A DNA stretch of 63,316 bases, filler included, from Craspedostauros australis (lineage: Eukaryota): the NCBI GenBank assembly GCA_030167865.1. It is 9 parts of 9 records of this genome, joined end to end, with 100 filler letters (N's around TTAATTAATTAA, not from the genome) between each part and the next. Parts side by side here need not be neighbours in the genome. Positions count along the whole stretch, not along the records: positions 47,424 to 57,883 come from JALAGF010004820.1; positions 57,984 to 60,298 come from JALAGF010004823.1; positions 60,399 to 62,006 come from JALAGF010004825.1; positions 62,107 to 63,316 come from JALAGF010004831.1; 5 more parts are not named here. One strand, 5' to 3'. The notes beneath the pieces are model-generated. The model did not search any database and was not told the origin of the DNA. It saw nothing but the letters and a program-made list of their open reading frames with translations. The first letter of the stretch is position 1. Each line of letters opens with the position of its first letter. Position numbers and translations under genes: made by a program. This document shows positions 57,345 through 63,316 of this stretch, piece after piece.

Positions 57345-57883
57345 ACATACACACATACATACACACATACATACACACATACATACACACATACATACAC
57401 ACATACATACACACATACATACACACATACATACACACATACATACACACATACATACACACATACATACACACATACATACACACATACATACACACAT
57501 ACATACACACANNNNNNNNNNNNNNNNNNNNNNNNNNNNNNNNNNNNNNNNNNNNNNNNNNNNNNNNNNNNNNNNNNNNNNNNNNNNNNNNNNNNNNNNN
57601 NNNNNNNNNNNNNNNNNNNNNNNNNNNNNNNNNNNNNNNNNNNNNNNNNNNNNNNNNNNNNNNNNNNNNNNNNNNNNNNNNNNNNNNNNNNNNNNNNNNN
57701 NNNNNNNNNNNNNNNTACATACACACATACATACACACATACATACACACATACATACACACATACATACACACATACATACACACATACATACACACAC
57801 ACATACACACATACATACACACATACATACACACATACATACACACATACATACACACATACATACACACATACATACACACA
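57345..57883 (+). repeat. (ACACACATACAT)n 12-bp tandem repeat directly after ORF2
   Basis: Near-perfect 12-mer array on both sides of an internal gap. Confidence 0.95.
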
Positions 57884-57983
57884 NNNNNNNNNNNNNNNNN
57901 NNNNNNNNNNNNNNNNNNNNNNNNNNNTTAATTAATTAANNNNNNNNNNNNNNNNNNNNNNNNNNNNNNNNNNNNNNNNNNNN

Positions 57984-58649
57984 TCTGATGCTCTTGGTGT
58001 CTCTCTCTGACTATGAGTTGGCACACAAGATACTCTCTCGCCATTACTCGTATTCTCTCTCTCTCTCTCGATATTTCGCGTCCACAACAAGCAATATTTC
58101 ATACTCGATATGTGCTCTGTATTCGACACATGCTCAGCCGTCTTGTCCTCTACTGGCCCACTACTCTGCGAGTATTCGCCAATGTTTTGTCCAAACTCCT
58201 CNNNNNNNNNNNNNNNNNNNNNNNNNNNNNNNNNNNNNNNNNNNNNNNNNNNNNNNNNNNNNNNNNNNNNNNNNNNNNNNNNGTGACATGATGACATCCT
58301 GTCAATGTCAGCTGTTGTCTTCCATGGTCCTTCAGATTCCAGATTCCATTGATGATGCAGTGGTCTGGCGAGAGTGTCGTCATTTGAGGTTTAGTTGGGA
58401 AACATATCAAGCCTGACTCGATATCACATGTTTTGTTGATGGATGAACAGACAATGTTCCTTATGCTCTCATAAATGGTTGTTCACAAATTTCCCCCAAA
58501 ATTTTGGTGGTTTTTGTGTGTCCGAAGTCGTGATGTGATTTCGATCAATCACAGTTCACTATCAACACGAATGTAGTTGCGCCGTCTGTGTGTATAGTAT
58601 AAGAGAACAATGAGTGAGCGATGCACATACACATATGCACATTCCAACA
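57984..58649. mobile_element. Family B element, copy ending GCACATTCCAACA
   Basis: Collinear with 16410-17802 but lacks its central part. Confidence 0.7.
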
Positions 58650-60149
58650 TTGGTAGCCTCATCTGCAGGGACATCATCATTGGCAGGAGCCTTAGAAATC
58701 CTGGCATCACTGTCTGCAGTGGTGTCAACTGCATCAAGTGTGGGATCTGGTGGTGGCGCAATGCATGTTGGCAGAGTGATGCCATTGGCACTTGGAACAG
58801 TGGTGAAGTGGTGCAGATACATGCGTAACTTGCAGGCCTGGAAGTTGGCGACCCAATCATCGTTGCCATCATATCCACAAGCATGAAACCATGATCAAAG
58901 CTTCCACCTGCCATGGGCATGGACAAGATTGCCACATCAATGCACCAATTGGGCATGGAAGAAGTCATCATCACTGTTGAGCAAATTGTAGAATTCACTG
59001 TTGGTGATAGTCTTGAGGTCATCTCACATGAGGGGAACCACGTCCAACTGAGCCACGCAGAGATGAGGGAGGCATCAACAAGAGCATGGCGCTACCATTG
59101 TTGAAGCCATGATGNNNNNNNNNNNNNNNNNNNNNNNNNNNNNNNNNNNNNNNNNNNNNNNNNNNNNNNNNNNNNNNNNNNNNNNNNNNNATGTCCCTGA
59201 GCACTTGCGAAGAGAGGAAGTAATGAAAGATTCACGTGACACGTGAAAAAGCCATCACTTGTCACTATTGTGCGAGTGTGGTGTGTTTGAGATGGTACTA
59301 ATGATGGATTTAGAGTATTGGAGATGTGATGATCTAGGTCTGTGGCAGCCGAGGTGCCTCCATCAGCATCTGTCATCATACGGAAGCACGTATGCCAACA
59401 AGCGAGTTTGCAAAAGTTGAACACAACAAAGCCAACTAAAAAGACACAAAATACTAACTTCGACCAATTCGCGCTGTCATTATTTGTATTTTGGCACATT
59501 TCTGACAGCTGCATCATCCAAAACATAAGAAAATTAACAATTATGANCGCTTTCGAACACCTGATGTGACGTCACGACACAGAATTGCGGGAAGACATCC
59601 ACGAACAGAGGAGAGGGGACGGAACGCATCGATGATAAAAACCTGTCGGAGTGACACACAGGATGGTATCGCATTCTGCTGTCGTGGTACCTGGCACCGT
59701 CGGAGACCAGAAACGAGCGCGCGAGTTTCGAAGGAAGGAAGATTCACTAAAAACAGGCAATTTGGTTACCGCAACCCCCACTTTGGATGACGTCGTTGGT
59801 GTCTCAACACATGTCGCAAAAAAGATAAGTGGAAATCATTTCGGAACGGAGGAATAGTTCGGTAGTGGGGGAGTGCTGTTTTTATTGTTGATGCGTTTGT
59901 AGTTGATGCGTTTGTTTGTTTTATGAGCCCATTCAGTCACAAACCAACGAGTCGCGGGGGGAGACATTTTTTGGCCCGTTGGTCCGTCCTTCCGAGGCTC
60001 TCGCAGTGCGCCGTGTTGTAGCAATGCTCCGTCGGTCCGACTTTTTGACGAGAACCGTCAATCTTCCGTCAATGCCGGTTCAACAAAAACGGGTTGCGGC
60101 AAGACTTCGTGTTGAGGGTCCACCCAACATTTCCACCCAATTTGGGCCA

Positions 60150-61181
60150 TGTTTTTGTTGTTCTCGTTCGGCACGTCACGGAGTTGTGTTGTGCAAGCAG
60201 GCATGCTCGTTTTTGCGAGAACCATCACCATCGCCCGTAGATTTAGTACTGGATGTTTTTTATCACACATCCGAGCCGTCGCTGCCTGAACCTTCGCGNN
60301 NNNNNNNNNNNNNNNNNNNNNNNNNNNNNNNNNNNNNNNNNNTTAATTAATTAANNNNNNNNNNNNNNNNNNNNNNNNNNNNNNNNNNNNNNNNNNNNTT
60401 CCCTGTCGTGAAAGCAATCGCATTGGTCAAAACCCAAATCGTAAGTACTATTGTGCAGATGACGTGCTTCTGTGTGTACGCTGCTCGTACTAGTCCTGTG
60501 GGGATTCCGCGGAACCGTTGCTACTGGCAGAGAAGAGCACCTCGCACGACAATGTCATTCACCATGTGTGCCACACACACAGCGATTCTCACATGCAAGT
60601 TCCACAACCGTTGTCTGTCATTGCTCTATTTTCNNNNNNNNNNNNNNNNNNNNNNNNNNNNNNNNNNNNNNNNNNNNNNNNNNNNNNNNNNGTGTTTGGT
60701 TTCTGTTGATGGTACTGATCTGCGCATCTACGAGCAGAAGCCGTTTGACAAGTCCTGGTACTCCGAGAAGTTTAACGGTCCAGGGTTAAAATACGAGGTC
60801 GGAGTTGCGATTCAAACTGGGGAGATCGTGTGGATCCATGGGCCGTACAAGGCATCTGTCAGTGACATCGTCATCTTTCGCAAGAAAATGAAACAGCGCC
60901 TTGCTCCTGGCGAACTTGTGGAGGCGGATCGCGGTTACAGAGGAGAAAGCNGACACATCAGAACCCCGGATGATGCTGGCTCAGTGGCGGAATTGCGAGC
61001 GAAGAGTGTTGTTCGGGCGCGCCACGAGGCCGTCAATGGGCGACTGAAAAAATTCAAGGTGCTGAGCAACGTTTTCCGCGGACATGACTTTGAGAAGCAT
61101 CAGTACTATTTCTACGCAGTTGCTGTTCTCACGCAGCTCGAAATGCAAAATGGGTACCCAATGTTCCAGGTCGAGTACTAA
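60150..61181 (+). mobile_element. PIF/Harbinger-ISL2EU-like DDE transposase (DDE_Tnp_4-type), gapped and probably intron-containing
   Basis: LVSVDGTD...WYSEKFNGPGLKYEVGV..TGEIVWIHGPY...D..IF...EADRGYRGE...RARHEAVNGRLKKF (D-D-E triad). GTAAGT donor at 60441. The N-terminal part is uncertain. Confidence 0.85.
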
Positions 61182-62106
61182 GTAGAATTGTGCAATTGAT
61201 AACAGTATTGTGTCCACGACATTCACAGTCATGTCCATTGGAAACAGTCTTCGTGGGGAGACATGAACACCGTCCTGTTCTACCGTGCCCAGTGCAGGCT
61301 CTGTTCCGTGCTGCTGCCAGTATTTTGTGATTTGTGTCCCGAATGGGCTATCGGACGTCATCGCGTGCAGGTATTTATGATTCAGGACATGTTTGCGACA
61401 AAAGCACGTTCTATCAAATGTGCCCAGAGCTCACGTGTGTTCATTGATTCAAGCGAAGAAGAAACAGACATAGTGCGCATGCGTATCATTCCAAGACTGG
61501 GTCACAGCGAAAACCGTCATTGGCAATCAACTTGCCACGGCGGCGACAACAACTCGCTCACACGATTGATTGTGTTGTGGTGACACACAGAGAGAGAGAT
61601 CCACCAAATCGCAAATCTTCCCACCCAACAGCGTGAGAGCGCCAACTTGCCAATGAACCCGCCCCAATGTGCTTCATGGCACAGACGCTTCGGTGCCTGT
61701 TCGATGCGACACGACTGTGCATGCTGTCCTGGTGACGCGAGTGGTGTGATGCAGTTTGGTGCGAGACAACTTCGACCCAACAAACGATTTACCAACGCTC
61801 CTTGTGCAATGACACTTGCCGGCTGTGTACCAGAACAGAGGCACCTTGTGTGGATCAAGCACCACAACAGNNNNNNCCTTGTGTGGATCAAGCACCACAA
61901 CAGCTGAAGTCATCAAAAGAACCACACACGCCAATCTGTGTCAACGAACACACAGTTGTTGTCACAACAGACAAACCACACAGAGTGACGCGTACAGCAC
62001 TGATGANNNNNNNNNNNNNNNNNNNNNNNNNNNNNNNNNNNNNNNNNNNNTTAATTAATTAANNNNNNNNNNNNNNNNNNNNNNNNNNNNNNNNNNNNNN
62101 NNNNNN

Positions 62107-62681
62107 TCACGAAGTGTGAGATGGCCTGTGAACGAACCTGAGATGAGGAACATCCAGGAAGCCGGTGAAGTGATCGGCGAAGAAACAATCGGAGTCGATC
62201 GGAGATGATCGGAGATGTGAAATGATCGGAGATGTGGGATGGTCGAGGAGCTGAATGAGCTCCCAACCAAGGTGTTCCCGTGACGAATGGGAAGACCGTG
62301 ATCTGATCGAATGAACCGATCTGTGTGATGCCTACNNNNNNNNNNNNNNNNNNNNNNNNNNNNNNNNNNNNNNNNNNNNNNNNNNNNNNNNNNNNNNNNN
62401 NNNNNNNNNNNNNNNNNNNNNNNNNNNNNNNNATGCATGATGAGATGAACCAATACTGCAAGATGAGATGTACATGGAGTACATGCTGCATGACATGATG
62501 AAGCAGGAGGACAGCACTGTATGAGCAAGGGCAAGACTGTGTGCTACTGTGGATTATGTATGCTTTGGCAAATGGAATTGAAAGTGATGAAGATGTTGTA
62601 CTCACAGTTCCAACAATNNNNNNNNNNNNNNNNNNNNNNNNNNNNNNNNNNNNNNNNNNNNNNNNCCCCGGATTTCCAACA
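62107..62681. mobile_element. Gapped family A-related copy
   Basis: GAATTGAAAG..ATGAAGA...CTCACAGTTC followed, after a gap, by CCCCGGATTTCCAACA at 62666-62681. Confidence 0.65.
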
Positions 62682-63316
62682 CGTTTCGAAACGTTATGAT
62701 TGAAATCCAACGTTTCCACCACCACCAACACTAGCCAACATCACCATCATCGACATGACCACCATCTACACCCAAGACCATCGCGAGTAATGGTCCCCCT
62801 GTGTGAAGAGAGAGGAGAGCAAGCCGCTCTGGAGCATGATGCTCCATGCCAATGGATGCCAGGATCGGCATGGTAACCCCCACACGAATGACGATATCAA
62901 GACGATGATGATGATCGAATCGAGCACCACCGCGAGTCCACCAGCAGAGTGGAGACCGCAGCTGAGGCAAGTACAGACACTACTTGTATTGCTGGAAGCA
63001 AGGAGGCGCTCGGAACACGCGAGTTACAACATGAGGCCCTGGACGTCCGACAGCAGGACACTCTTCGGAGTTTCCTTGTAATCGGATTAGTCCAATTTGA
63101 CAATTTCCCCCCAAAAATATTTGGTCTTGGTTTTCTCACGACTGTCCGCCAACGCGAAGCGCGTACCCCTGGGTACGAACCAAGACCAAGTGAGAATTAT
63201 CAAGCTACAAGGGATTGGAGACTACCAATCATAGATGCCTGTCAAGAGGTTCATTGCAGCTTATGTTTGAATCACAAGAGTGATTGCATTGAACTGCAAA
63301 GACTGCTTGGCTGTAA

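Larger units (their letters stand above)
48412..57883 (+). mobile_element. Near-complete non-LTR retrotransposon with ORF1 and APE-RT-RNase H-zinc finger ORF2 (Ambal-like clade of diatoms)
   Basis: A/C-rich 5' UTR, ORF1, 1917-codon ORF2 and a tandem-repeat tail. The clade is assigned from domain architecture and host type, not from a phylogeny. Confidence 0.9.

Noticed and set aside
57134..57935. ORFs of YIHT/VCVY/MC repeats, or a telomere
   Set aside because: These are translations of a 12-bp microsatellite. It is not a TTAGGG-type repeat and it is internal to the scaffold.
58650..59110. Possible chromodomain or retroelement relic (GYDGNDDW on the minus strand)
   Set aside because: It is a single short motif among stops and frameshifts, which is insufficient evidence.
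61843..61903. 27-bp direct repeat CCTTGTGTGGATCAAGCACCACAACAG
   Set aside because: The copies flank a short N gap, so this is most likely an unmerged contig overlap.

Overview
Eukaryotic DNA, almost certainly a diatom scaffold. Evidence: spliceosomal GT-AG introns, ASAF-type bipartite plastid presequences, diatom-style LRR and STAND ATPase families, and an Ambal-like LINE. It is a gapped draft assembly with artificial N-TTAATTAATTAA-N linkers and several probable indel errors. Host genes: the 3' end of an NBR1-like protein, a frameshifted conserved hypothetical gene, a large secreted Cys-rich two-domain protein, two paralogous STAND/AAA ATPases, a plastid-targeted hypothetical protein, an ankyrin-repeat protein, two tandem LRR membrane proteins built from 72-nt one-LRR exons, and a tandemly duplicated plastid mTERF. 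These sit among nested transposons: a near-complete APE-RT-RNase H non-LTR retrotransposon, three piggyBac elements or relics, a DD39D mariner relic and a Harbinger-like DDE transposase. There are also two families of non-coding TGTT...AACA elements (probable solo LTRs). Family A has three copies with exact 6-bp target-site duplications, and removing two of them restores the interrupted reading frames. All assignments come from reading motifs by eye; no database search was run. I found no CRISPR array, rRNA or tRNA, and no prokaryote-type defence system.
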